A stretch of DNA of 64,000 nt from Azolla caroliniana (lineage: Eukaryota; Plantae; Polypodiophyta), in NCBI GenBank assembly GCA_043228905.1, contig JBHGNT010000001.1, forward strand, positions 15,314,001-15,378,000, in the 5' to 3' direction. Shown one piece after another: positions 39,101-52,700 of the stretch. Both the position numbers and the translations under genes were made by a program. The notes below the pieces were generated by a model. The model did no database searches. It saw nothing but the letters and a program-made list of their open reading frames with translations, and had not been told where the DNA came from. How positions within the stretch are numbered: position 1 is the first letter of the stretch; each line of letters opens with the position of its first letter.

Positions 39101-39860
39101 TCTTGGTGTCTTGGATGTGGCTCAACAGCTGGTCTCCGACACTAGACGTGAACCAGTACATTACTCTGCTTGCCGATTGTTCCCACACTGGGAAATCCTT
39201 ATATGCCGCATCAGGTGTTGTTTCGTTGGCTCCTTCGACGAAGCTCTAGTAACCATGCCCAAGCAGGTACTGGTGCATCTTGTATGACCAAGATGCATAG
39301 TTGGATCTATCGAGTTTCTCCATAGGGAGTGAGCTAGCCATCCCTCTATCCATCACTTCTCTGTCTGATGTTCTTAAGACCTGTTAGGGCTTGCTTTCAA
39401 GCGTTTGTCGACTGCAGAGGTTCTCAACCCTTGCGCTCTGATACCATGTCAACGATTACTTGCGGAAGCGTTAGAAAACAGTGAAATTAGGGAATACACA
39501 GAGTACACGGGAGAGACAAAGAGAGCAAAACCTCAAAGCTATATTCAAAAATATATAAAACACTCTGTCTTTTACAACTGTGCTCAGTAGCACTATTTAT
39601 ACAAGTCCTCGTGGGACTGACACAAGCACCGTGTACTTCAATGCTCACACGAGCTTCTGACACTTACTGCGAGACTATAATTGCCTAGTAGTCTACACTA
39701 ATACTAGGCTTCCGGTTACTGGTTGGATCTGGCTAACCGGCTCCCCAGCTCATCAGCTCTATTGCTTGCCGGCTCGGTTGCTCACAGCTTACCGATCTGT
39801 CTTGCTTGCCGGCTCGGCTTATTCAGCCGATTCGGCTCCAGTTGAGCTTGCCATTCAACA
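36145..39860 (-). mobile_element. Nested Ty1/copia element (family B), TSD GTCCT, lacking RT and RNase H
   Basis: LTRs 39447-39860 (5') and 36145-36518 (3'), roughly 93% identical by manual count plus a 40-bp indel. PBS tggtatcagagcgc at 39433-39446; PPT ttgagggggag at 36519-36529; gtcct on both flanks. Gag, protease WYVDSGASNHM, and integrase (HSDVWGP, RSDGGKEY, TPQQN). Confidence 0.95.
37591..38021. repeat. 217-bp tandem duplication in the GAG-pre-integrase region of the nested element
   Basis: ggaagccggtgttgcttccc starts at 37591 and again at 37808; both copies encode MFAKGQKVESDI.LWHK.IGHVNYRRLQD. Confidence 0.92.
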
Positions 39861-42800
39861 GTCCTTCTGACAAGCTTCCTCATTTAGTAAACTCGACTTC
39901 ACCTGCACTAGGGAAAGATGCTTCCCTTTCGATCCGGCATTGCCCAATGTAACAACAAGCGTTTCCCAGCTCTTCGAAAAAGATCCAAGCAACAATAATA
40001 CTAATACCTCATAAGCAAGAGGTACTTCTAGAGAGGTGGTTTGATTTATCTGTCTTTGGAAGGCATTAATATGCTCCACCATGTTGGAGCCGTCTTCATA
40101 CTGGAGTCTCACGATCTTTGTGAAAACTGAGACTCTGTTCACGACGTTCTTGTTTTCAAACATCACGCCAATCTTCTTCCAGAGGACGTCGGCACTCGTC
40201 TCTTCATCAAAGTTGTTGTATAGACTCATGTCTATAAAACACCTTATGTATGCAGCCGACTTTAGATGCATGACTTCCCAAGTCGATGCATTGATCTTGT
40301 CTGGCTTTGTCTTGCGTATTGTACCGGCAACCACATGTCTTTGCACACGAGCATATCCTGCATTTTCGACTTCCACTCTGAATAGTTGGAGCCAGTTAAC
40401 TTGAACATTCCACCGAAATGTTCGTCCATCACTCTGATACCACTTCTTAGGATCAGGACTACCCACAACCGGTTGCTCGTATACGTATTCGGGTGCAAAG
40501 AAACGAATGAGATAGTGCATACACAGAAAACGAGAAGGCAGAAAACACAAGTATAGAGACACAAATATTTTGCGTGGAAAACCAGAAAAGGAAAAACCAC
40601 GGGGAGTCCTAGAACTCCGAACATATCACTATACGGTAGGAGGAATATACAATAAGAGACTCAAGGCAACGACCTTGAGTTCTTCTTCATCAAAAGACGA
40701 TCACAGAGTTACAATTCTGTTCTCAGTCACCTATTGTCACTCACTCTCAGTTATTGAGGCAACTACCCATTGTGTAACTTATTACAACTATAATGATTCA
40801 ACTTTTCTATAAAGTTTGCCCTAGTTTTATTTATACTTATACAACTTTCTGGTTATTTACATACATAGCCCACAAGGGGCACATTTAGACTATTTACATA
40901 TATGGTCTCCTGATTTCGGTTTCAATTTTCAATTTAGGAAATACTCATTGACTCCATCCGATTCCGTTTGTTCTCTTCCCATCCAGAGGAACCTATTTCC
41001 CAACACGAATGTCGGTCATTTTCGTCTCGCTGCGTAACCTTCAAAATGACTCCAATGTTAGGGCCATAGCCAAGAACAACATTGAATTGAAGAAGACAAT
41101 GAGAAGAGAAAAATGTGAGAGAAAAAAGAGGAACATTTACAATGTATTAACAATAATAGTAAGGGTTACAAGAATGTATGCAGAAGACTAGTGTTGAAGA
41201 GGAGTGGTTCACCAATACTAGAACATATGCTTGTATAGCACCGTTTATTGGCTTTAATAGTAAAACTTGTGTAAAATACTTAGATTTGATAACAATATAG
41301 AAATAGCATAGAAATTATTCCTCTAATGGGATTATGCAATATTTTAAGTCCTGATGTGGATCTTTTACTACTCTACGTTGAATCGGCATGCATGTTCACC
41401 ACCAAAAGGAGAAATTGCTTTAAGACTTAGAAAACCAATAACTTAGCATTTATGGCAAACAATATGCATTTCATTGTTAGGGAGGACATTGAAGTGCCAA
41501 ATTATAAATATGAAGAAGATATTGAGGACTTTGAGGTTAGGCAGGAACAAAGTGAACATATACAATGTACATATTTCTACTTTTAAATGGTTTTGTAGTT
41601 CTTAAACACGTTGATTGTTTTGTTTTTGTTATGTTAAATAGTGGTTAGCGAAAGGGTAAATATAAGAATGTTGATGAATGGTCTTTAATTTCACCAATGC
41701 AAACAAGTTTCAAAGACAAAGTGACCTAATTTTATTTCCAAACGAGGCAAAGTCTATATAGGAATTCAAAAAGTGGACCCAATTAAATCTAAATTTTTGA
41801 AGAACTGAATTGTCTTTTTCTTCTTCTACTCAACTTCTGGGTTTTTAGGAAGAGTAGCTCATTATATATTTATTAGCTTGGAATATGAAAGTCCATCTCA
41901 TGGAATAGGAGAATAAAAAAGTGTTATGATATTCTTAAAACTAGTTGCAAAAACGGGGACAATTTAAAGGGTGACTCCTCTTTGTGTAAAGTCAAATGAC
42001 CAACTTGTTTGGACAATGTAGTTGTAGGATATTGCATTGTTTCCCTTTCTCCTTGTGACTCCAAATCCACTTGTTTGAACCTAGTCTTTGATCTACATAT
42101 TCATCATTGAAATACATCTTATATGAAAGGATTTGGGTTTGTGTGATCCATATCTCTTTGATGTGCGTCGCAATTGATCATTATTATAATATATCTTTTG
42201 TAGCAGGGGTTGGCTTCATGTGATCCATATCTCCTTGATGTAGTTCTACTAGATGTGTATGTCGGCTCCAAATGAGTCATGCCGATAGCACGTCTATGTA
42301 TCGACAAAGTTGTGCCTCTACATCAATATCATTGGTCATGGAGTTGAGATTGTCATATACTTTATTGGCGGCGAACCCAACTAGAGTTGTTAATCGATCT
42401 CTGGAATCACGAAACTTTTTCAACCCTTAAAACACGTGCTAGGTTTGGTTTCAAATCCAAGAAACTGAACCGAATCAAGCCCATACCTACATCCACTTAT
42501 GAAGTCATGCGAGTTTAAACAATGACACTATTTAAAACTTACTTCTTTATGCTTATGTTATATTGTTTTATGGTGTAATGAGTCTTTTTAGTATCGTTAC
42601 AAAATGACTAAACATATTTTTGCTCATAAGTTGATTCCCATGTATCATCATTTTCTATTTTTAAGTATTTTATTGCAATCTTTCTTAAAAGGGAACAACA
42701 AATCTATTTTTAAAATATTTGAAAACTTGACTACTCTACATTCCTCATGTTCTCAAATTTATGTTCTTGTTCCCAAACCATTCCTATTCTTATTGACTAT

Positions 42801-43716
42801 GATAATAACCTCATAATGTCTATTGATGCATCTCAAATAAATCACAATGCATGGTAATCAATGGTGTTCTGAACAATATTATCTCAAGTTGTGGTAGTGC
42901 TTCATTCTTGAAGTCAATCATTTCAAGATAAATTTAGTATGTAATCTAAGTATATTCAGTTTTCATTCACTTCTCTAATACAATATTTTGTTTCATTGTA
43001 GGTGTTACTAAATAGTTTGCGACTTTTCTTGCTAAAAGGCCAATCAACACCTTGTATAGGGCATCATTAACAAACAGACTCAATGGCAATGATTATGTTT
43101 TTCGCATTCAAAAAATCATACATTAAACTAATAGTAGACATTACATTCTAGGTTTCAGAATTAAGGCCAACATTTTGTTTCAATGTTCATGATCTCCAAC
43201 GAAAAATACATTCTACTAATGACAATGACATTCAAATTTTCTTTTGCCCATGACCTATATTCTATCAATTCAATATTGGATTGTTCGATGTCAAAATTTT
43301 GTAATATTAACATGGTGGTGCCAAAATGGCCAAAGCAAATGACATTAATTTCTTGGTACAAAGCCAGTACCAAGATTCTATCTCTGGAAGTGCAAATATT
43401 AAGATGCTATCAAGCTGAAATGAGACTGAAAACTAATCTCTTATTATCATCCTTAAATCGATGTTTTGAATAAACCGATCCTTAGTTATTTACGACAATA
43501 AGCTTTGAATCCAAAATGCTTGTGGTTCTTAAACAATAGAGACAGTTTTTAAACCAAAGATGTTGCATGGCTTGATGAGGCAATATTAAAAAATAATCTC
43601 CTTGTCAATAAGAGGAAAAAATGAACACATTTTGCACTGAGCTCTTCATCTTTAGGCACCGTTATGAGTTGTCTTAATAGGACCCAGACAATTAAATAAT
43701 GTCTTTAGACTTAGCT

Positions 43717-46700
43717 TTATGTTGCATGGTTGATCTGTTTTGCAATGTTCTGTGGTACTGACTCTACAAGCACCTGAGGCACAAAACAAAACTTTAAAAT
43801 GCAGTATGTGGCCAGATTCTGAATCATGAGATGAATATACATGGTTAATAAACAAACCGAGAAAAAGAGTTGACGACTCCAAACTATAAATTTTTACTTT
43901 CAGATACTTTTGACTATTTGGGATCACAAGAAAATGATCAAGGTAATAGAATGCCACTCACATCAATATACGAAATAGAGATTAATGGGAAATAGTTCTT
44001 ATCATGAGCAGCATGTAATAATCTCGGAAAATGGATTCATGCATAGATACATACAAGCATAGAATGAACCATGCGTATCATATGTGCATTCGCATTCGAG
44101 AATGATTCAATCAAACGTGTATGGTAAATCATCTCAAAGTTGGATTGGATTGACTATGGTCTATATTATATATTGATTCACTCTCAATCCCAATAAGTGG
44201 ACTCTAATCCATTGTGAACCACCAACATAAGTATGGTTGCAATATTTGCATTGTATCACATGCATTCTTTTGGGATGCTTCTAAAGAATCAAGACATCTC
44301 TATCATCCTCACTTTAGAACTTTAAAAAAACAGGAGTATGAACTATAGAGATTGAATCAAAATATGTGCTTATAAATTATAATCAAATGTTCAAAAACTC
44401 ATAAAACATACATTCGAGAATATGAAGAAAATATGACATAGGCAATTGTAACATAACAACTTATCACTAGGGTGAGTTAATTTCTAATAAGAAAGAAAGA
44501 AAGAGAAAAAAGAAAAAAAGAACGATCAAAAACTCATAAAACGTATATTCGAGAATATGAAGAAAACATGACATAGGCAGTAGTAGAATAAAAATTTACC
44601 ATTAGGGTGAGCTAATTTCTAATAACAAACAAAGAAAAAAAAAAGTAACATGACAATAACAAGAGGATATGAGAAAGTTGGGAATTTAACTCAAGACACA
44701 AGCAATAGTAGAATGGCAACTTACCACTAGGTTAAGCCCATTTCTAATAACAAAAAATGAAAAAAATGAAAAAAAACGAAAAAACTAATATAAAATTTTG
44801 CTATGGTACTAACAAGAGAGAGATGAGAAAATTGGGACTCGAACCCAAGACATAGACAACAATAGCATGTCTCGTTACCACTAGGATGACCTGAATTTGT
44901 GATAAAAACATGAAAAAAAAGAAAAAAAAAAAGGAGCACGTATTTTTTCCCTTTTCAAACGTGTTTGTTTTCAAACATTTTCAATCGTTTGAATGCTTGC
45001 ACGAACACAAATATTATGTTCTATGCATACAAGTGTATTGTTAAAACGAATATTAAAATATTGCACTTACTCTCCCATCATACGAAAGTGATGCAAATAA
45101 CCAGGGCTCTCTCAAGCTCCATGTTATGCCTAAATAAAACCAAATGATTAGAGGGGAAAAACAGAATGCAGTTAAATATGTATAAAATTTCTTTTATATC
45201 ATAGATTTTTCATACCATACACACTATCTTCATGTCCATTATACAATCGCAAAAGTGGATCGACATTAGTCCTCGGTGAATCATCAGAGCTGCACCTTAG
45301 ACAGAAGCAAAACAATAAAGTGCGTACTGTTGCATTATATACAAGCGCTGAAGGAAACTAAGCTAAATAGTGCATAGTGCATAGTGCACACATGTACAAG
45401 AACAACTTTTTTACTATCGCATACCTTCTCGAAGCAGTAGGATCAAGATCCCCAATCATCCACAAGCTCACCAAGGAATCTGTACCTGAACTCTATGACC
45501 AAAATAAGACATTATCATAAACATCCATTTGCTATAAAATCATTTTGGCAAAGCAAGCACTAGAATTGCATAACGTTAGAACCTAGAAGTTATGTTAGAA
45601 AAACTTTACATGCTGTTCAATTAGAGAAAACCCTCAGAAACGAATGCATTAACACAAGGGCATGTTTAATACTTCTAACATCGCAAGCCACAAAGGCATA
45701 CAATATACCATATCTTGATGTGAACAAGCTCCAACCTCAACAACCTCACAAGCGCCAATAATGGAATTTGAGATGCATTGAAGGTAAGAGGATGGGTTAA
45801 CAACCTCGTATGTATAGAAAGTCCAAGATTAACCAAGTACAGTCTAGTTAAGAATATTGTGAGAATATCTTAGATTCCTTTCTTGCCCTCTGAGTTACAT
45901 CTGTATCTGCTTGCCTAGGAAGAAATGGGCTACAGCTCTTGATTGTATTGATCTCTATGCACCAACATGTGCATACAAAAATATATTGTTGTTTTCTATT
46001 GCTGTGTTCTCAATCCACATCTGTTCATTGTTGGTGTACATTTGATTCTCTTAATCGTTCTTTGAAATGATATCACCTTCCAGGTTCGCCTCCCAACAAT
46101 CAATGAAATCAGAGTAGACGTTTGATATTTGTACACTCAGGTAATTATTCCAGATTAGAGAGGAGCTTGATCAGCTTGAAAGAGTGGAACTGGCAGTAGA
46201 GCTCTTGACGGCATGAGGCCACAGCAAGACAAGACTTTATTCAGTCCTGGAAAAGTTCACGAGAAATCCAGAAGTAAGTCATTGGCAAGTCTGGCAGTAA
46301 AGACTTAGTACTTAAAAGATGTGGGTGGAAATGCCACCCACTTCAGGCAGGAGATGAAGCTGTTTGATTACTATGTCTCTGACTGGGCTGGCGATCTAGA
46401 GGAAAGACAATCAAGCTGTAGACTCAATTTTTCCTAGGGACATGAATATTTCTTACAATGCACATGAAACAACCCAGATTCTCACTTTCCTCAGCATGAG
46501 GCAGACTATAAGATGGTGCAATGCAGAACATGAATCAGTATGGATAAGAAGGCCCTAGTGGAAATCTGTATTCGATTGAGGGGAAACAAACATGAATACA
46601 TAGCCAGATTTGCATTGCTATTGGTACGAATCCCATTTGTTCCACGGACAGACCAAACAAAGACAGATCTAGCACCACTTTATACGGGAGCTCATTTCAG

Positions 46701-49700
46701 ATGAGAATGTAAAGTTGGAGCATTGTCCAACAGAGAACAATTGTGTAGATCTTTTTACAAGGCCCGAAAGGCCAAAGTAATCTTACAGATGAATGGTTCA
46801 GTGTTCAAGTAAGTTGAAATGACTCTAAAGGCCATATTCGCCTTCTTCTTCTCATTTCATTTGTTGTCCATATCACATTTCTTTTCTATTGTATCTTTTT
46901 TATTCTTCTTCTTTCTTTCAAGCTCTTGTTTGTAAAATCTACAATCAAGCTTTTTAAGCCCTTTATGGCAACACTGAAAGCAAGTGATTTCTTTCCCCTT
47001 GCTTTTGCTTTCCATGTTTCCAGCAATGTCATAAGTAGATTACCTTCATTTTGTCATCGAAGATTTGCAATCCCACATCTTGAAGTTGATTGAGTAGACC
47101 ATTGAATGTTGAAATGTGTTCAACTGCAGACTTGGTATCTTAAAGTCGTGCAGCCATAAGCCTTTTCATCAAGTCAACTAGATTCACTGCAGCAATTGAC
47201 TCTTACATAGTCTTCACTTGCTCCATACCTCATGACAATTAGTCAGTCCCTTAATATTTCCTGAAGCTTCATCTGATACTACAATGTAAATGTGGGCATT
47301 TGCCTTACGATTGAGCAGCTTCCAAGTTGCATCATCCAACTGATTTGTTTTCCTCCAATGCTTTTGCACATCCTTGTAAGTAAACTGTACTTTCCATTCT
47401 AACCTTCCATAAGTTGAATCCAATGCCATCAAATTTCCTAAATTCTATACCAACATTGGCTGATGTATTTGCCATGGTAAAATAAGGAAGACTAAGCAAT
47501 GGAGATCTTAAAAGGATGCAATGCTCTCTTTGATACCAATTGTAAAAAGAAGAAAATATATTAACGTCTTTTACGAGGCCAAAATGGCCTATAAAATTAA
47601 ACAAGAGATTACATCTTAAGTATTGTCTCATCTTTGAGAACAAATCAAAATAAATCAATGTTAAAGTAAAAAAAGAACATGCAAGATTCTTAAGTCAAAT
47701 ATATTGTAATTTTTGTATTCGAAAGATCTGTAGCATAAGTCGATCTAGAATGGAGAGGTCTTTGAGGCAAGGGAAGCACCTACTATAGCGGGAGATAATG
47801 GCCTTTATCTGTCAATGACAAGAGTGATGAGATCATGGTCCATGGAGCCAGGGCCTACATGCAAGACAAATTGCTATTACACGATCTATTGTAACCCCTT
47901 TCTTTTTTCTTGGTCAGGAGCCCATTTGTGTAGCCCTTGATTGACTTATAACATGAGTAGGAGTGATGGGGCTAAACAAAGTTATGATTGTTTGTTTATG
48001 AGCTTGTCTAGTTGTACTATTTTCCCTGAACAACTTTTCCCTATGCCTCCAAAGTTCTAGCAAGAAAATTCCCAAGCACCATTGGTCCTCGTATTCCATT
48101 ACCTTACATAGTGGGCCAAAGCCTTGTTTAAAGAGGCAATGGTATCTCCCTCTAATTTCATAAAAAACACTACAATGACAAACATAAAATTCTTCTAATT
48201 CCTCTCCCTAATGACACAATTGGCAAATTCTTCTCAATGTCTAACGGATATAATGAAGTTTGTAGCTGCCCTATTACAGTACACAGCACATAGGATAGAT
48301 GTATGTCCATATAAGATGGCCTGATGACAAATCCATCGTCCAATGCGTGTAAAAAGTGGGTCTTATGGTGGGTCATCTTTGTACCAAGTGATATTTTAGG
48401 GCTGACCCATGTTATCTTCTTTTCCAAGTTAATAATATCAGTTCAGGTCACTCTATTCTTTTTCCACTTTGGTCATATTTAGATGGAGGCAATCCATGCT
48501 ATATTGGAACAAGGTAGCGCATTTATGCCCATGTGACTTGAACCCTTGTTGCATTTCAGCAAACCAACACTGACTGTCTCCATGTTCAGAAATTAGTCTT
48601 GATGAAATAACTGCCAACTTTGGGAGCTTCCAAAGCCATTGGATACAGGTCATTGATCGGAATAACGCCTAGATGATATCATGGGGCTGCTCCATGATAT
48701 CATATGTATTCTTCTATATCATCTATGCATTATTCCCCATGTAAGCCGTGTATAAAATATTCTTTTAGAAGTTGTAGGTTCCAAAAACAAGACTGCGCAC
48801 CTCCAACAAAAATCAGAGAATATTAAACTATATAAAAAAGTTCCTCTAGTTAAATAGGAGCAATCTAAGGGCCTTTAATCCCAACACCAGAAAGATATTA
48901 TAAACATTTCCACAAAAGAAACAGCAACTTACATGTACCAGGGACTAGCTTCTTACCAAAAGATATTCATCACATTTGGGGTTGTATCGGGCACGCCAAG
49001 TCCTGTGATGCATCTTCATAACACTTAATATGAATTAAAGAAATCTTGAAGCATACATAGTGGATTGCCATTCTTTAATGAAGAATTTCTAGTTATCATA
49101 CATAATCAGAAAACTTATGACTAAAAATACCAATGTGAATGGCCAGGAAGCTCCAAAAGATAGGTTACAGGCATTCTTTTATCCCAAACATGAATTCTCG
49201 ACTCATCTCCAACAGTTACCTGAGAAAGGGAAATTTTGAAGTTCCATATCAATTCTGGTTTTAAAGACAAAATAAAATGTCATGGTGCTGGTATGAATCA
49301 ATGCACTTCTCTTATTTTTACATATTTCAAATGTGTTGATGTCCTGAAGTATGAAACTCAACATAAAAAGATATTAGAAATTCTTACAAAGAGGTGTTGC
49401 TTTTTAGGGTTGTAATCTATATCATGTGCATGTGCATGTTCTATAGCTTGGGTCTTCCTGTATCAACCAAAGAAACTTATTGGGCTCAAATAGTTTGTCA
49501 ATTACATTTGATTTACTGTACATAGGTAATCAATAGCACCTACAAACATCTGCATAAAATATGTTATATAACAGTGATATGAGAACAATTATTCTTAAAA
49601 ATATGTATAATTCATCAACAAACTCCTGCATCTTTTATCAAAATATGTATTACAGCCCTCTTTAACAATTAAGCTTTTAGTGAGAAATAATAGGTCTTAG

Positions 49701-52700
49701 AAGTAAACAGTGAGGATTTGAATCCAGACGCATTAGATTTTATTGGCATATTTTGTACTGTGGTCTCCCTTGATGATAGTATCCATAAACTTTTCTTTCC
49801 TTCAATTTCCTAATTTGTAACCCAATTTTGTAGGTTAATTGAATTTTCCAGTAAGTACACAGGGAAAGGTAGCTACCAAGTAATTTCTGACAAATCATCT
49901 GTGGGCTGTAAAGTAAGCAATATTATTACACCTGGTTCTGATGCAGTTGATCAGCACATATAGACATATATCTCAGGCAGCTGGGTATCATCGATCGAAA
50001 GTTAATCTATCATCATTTCAGTCAGTTCTTTGAAAGAACCTTTCCACCTTCCGACACTATTGGTACCCTCAATAGACCTATTTAATCACAAAGAGATTGA
50101 CGTGGGCATAGAAACACGTATGTGTATGTGCTTGTATATATGCATAGATTGTATGGTGCATATGGATGTCATATCTGGCCATTCAAATGGCTTCTTCTTT
50201 GGCAGTTTTGCTGCTGCACCCTTCGGCAAATTTGTTCCAGAGGAGAAGTCCTGTGCTAGAAATTTAATCGAACTGTTTCTATAACCATTTTTGCTTGTTG
50301 CGGGGGGCTTGTATAACATGTGGTATTCCCAAATGCAACAGTACATATCTAGAATTTTAAAGTGTTCTATTATCCTGATATTGGGAACGGCTTGCTATGC
50401 ATTCTCATCATAATATCAATAATATTCACGGGGGTGGGGGGGGAGGGGCATAATTAGATTAAGCAATATGAAATGTCATTCCATTTCGGGCAAAAAAAAA
50501 TATTCACATTTCTAATGAAGATACCCTCCTACCTCCTAACACATTACTCAAGCTTTTCATTATAAAAGCAAGTATATAAAACTTGCACTCACGGAAATAG
50601 TTTGTATTAATACTTCATTGAACGTAGATCCCAGAATTGCAAACAAGACTCGGATACAGTTGCTATGTTCTGAACATCATGGGGATCCCATGCACCACCA
50701 ACCATGTTCTGGAGCATTCCAGCTGACATTTTCCCACTGACCTGAAACAGAGAATGGGGACTTAGGACACTATTATCATAGTCCTTCACCAATAAAAATA
50801 TTATATTAATTGTAACCACACATGTGCACTTAGTTAACTCCTCGATGATGCGAAGGCCAACAAAAGATAAATTAAAACCACACACCTGCAATGACCTTCC
50901 TGATGCATCAATGTCCCACAAATACACTGTCTCCTCATCAATGCTCAGTAACTGATTATGCCTCTCCCCCCCTTGCCACCATAGAGTACTGACGTTCATA
51001 TTTATAAACATAAATTGTTTTCATTTAGAGACAATTTCAAATAAAAACGTTATGGTCATATTTCACCAATTTTATTATGTTGAAGATAGTTTAGATTTAT
51101 AAAGAAAGAAAGATATATTAACATCTTTTGAGAGGCAAAAATGGCCTATAAGACCAAACAAGAGGTTACAGATTAAAACGTTGTCTTGTCTTTGAGAACA
51201 ACAAATTAAATTAAATGTGACAAAATACGACGGTGACTAAAGAATCCTGTTATCTACACATGTATGATTCTCCAGTCAGATAGATTGTAATTTCAAATTC
51301 CACTACTTGATGACACAATTGACAAATTCTGATATTAAGCATAGCCTAAATTTCCAGATTATTTCTCATTTTCCATGTGTATTTCTTAAGAAGGAACACC
51401 TTTTTGCCACTGAAGATGCAAAGCCTCGTAGGAGTCACTGAGAGAATGTGTTTACAACTCTTTAACCTTAATTAACAGTAACATCCTAGATATGATTTCC
51501 TTTTAAATGTTCCACGGCTCAAACATAATAAGGTTGTCCAGAAGCATCTAACCTGATAAGAGGACATGATTACATACCATTTAATTTTCTTTTCATGCCC
51601 GTCTAAATCTGCTAGCTTTTCCAACACACTAGAGTTCATTGAATATTCCGGCATTTTCCACAGTGTTGCGCCATACTCTCCAGCTGTGGTAAACATAAAT
51701 ATCCACATGATGAGGCAATCACAATTCATAATCATCATTTCATTAAATCTTGGATGTTACGCATACCAGATGCATGTACAGTTGAGAAGATCAAAGAATC
51801 AAATGGACAGCTTGCTAGGTTCCATATCTCATGTTGATGAGGATAAAGGCCTTGACATGTAATATCCCCTGTATTTGCTGAATATTTAACTAAGTGAACC
51901 TGTGTACCACAAATTTGTGAGGAATCAGGGTCAGGTTGAATCACATTTCCGAAACAATGGTCATTTTTGGTGCAAATGGCATGCCATGTACCACAATGTT
52001 TTTCATTGGCCTCTAGCAAATAGTAGTACATGGTATTTAAAATTAGGGACTGATCAAATTCAGTACACATTGCACAAGTACAACATAGAGAATGCCTAAT
52101 CATTATAAAATGAAAAGAAATTTCAGGAGAAAACATCACATGATCTAAAATTTAGATGGGTTATTTGTGTCATTTGGAAAAGGGGGCAAATATCTAGGGC
52201 CCAAACTGTTGGGTTCTTGTTTTGAATCACAAAAATTTAACTACTTTAGGGTTATGAGAGTATTTATAGACAGGGAAAAAAAACCTCCTAAAGAGGGAAA
52301 AAATGCCCGTGGTCCTAAGTGTGTTCACACACATCGCTGTCCTACATGTGTTCACACATCACTGTCCTAAGTTCACACACATCACTACCAAAATATGTCA
52401 ACAAATCCCCCTTGGGAGTGATGCGGTGAACAAGGAGTTGGCACTCATGGTTAAGCAAGTGCAAAGCTATGTGGATAGAGATCAATCCACAAATGCGAGT
52501 AGGCCTAAAGCTTTGCGGAAAGCTTCGAACTTCTCTTTAGGCAGAGCCTTTGTGAAGAGGTCGGCAATGTTCTCCTGCGTGGGCACATAAGCCAAACTGA
52601 TCTCTCTCCAGCAGAGAAGTTTTCCCTGACATAGCGATAATGCACCTCGATGTGCTTAGTGCATGCATGGAACACAGGGTTCCTTGCAACTGCCATTGCA

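Larger units (their letters stand above)
34126..41005 (-). mobile_element. Ty1/copia element (family A, Tork/Tnt1-like), internally deleted, host of a nested element
   Basis: 5' LTR 40445-41005 (begins TGTTGGGAA on minus); PBS tggtatcagag 40432-40442. Gag from 40429 is interrupted at 39860 and resumes at 36144; protease, GAG-pre-integrase and integrase run to ~34310, then join directly to the last ~180 bp of an LTR (34126-34304). No RT or RNase H. The flanks do not form a TSD. Confidence 0.88.

Noticed and set aside
44820-44891. Functional tRNA gene
   Set aside because: A- and B-like boxes are present, but no convincing acceptor or anticodon stems; kept only as a SINE-like repeat.
45593-46097. 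Possible solo LTR (tgttag...cccaaca) in intron 9
   Set aside because: No matching TSD, PBS or PPT.
47890-48760. Possible L1 fragment in intron 9 (and similar unexplained sequence at 53600-54000)
   Set aside because: Looks like decayed coding sequence, but no diagnostic motif could be read with confidence.
50607-52139. ORFs 50607-51011, 51472-51738 and 51735-52139 as separate genes
   Set aside because: They are DWA2 exons 3-6 read through into intron sequence.
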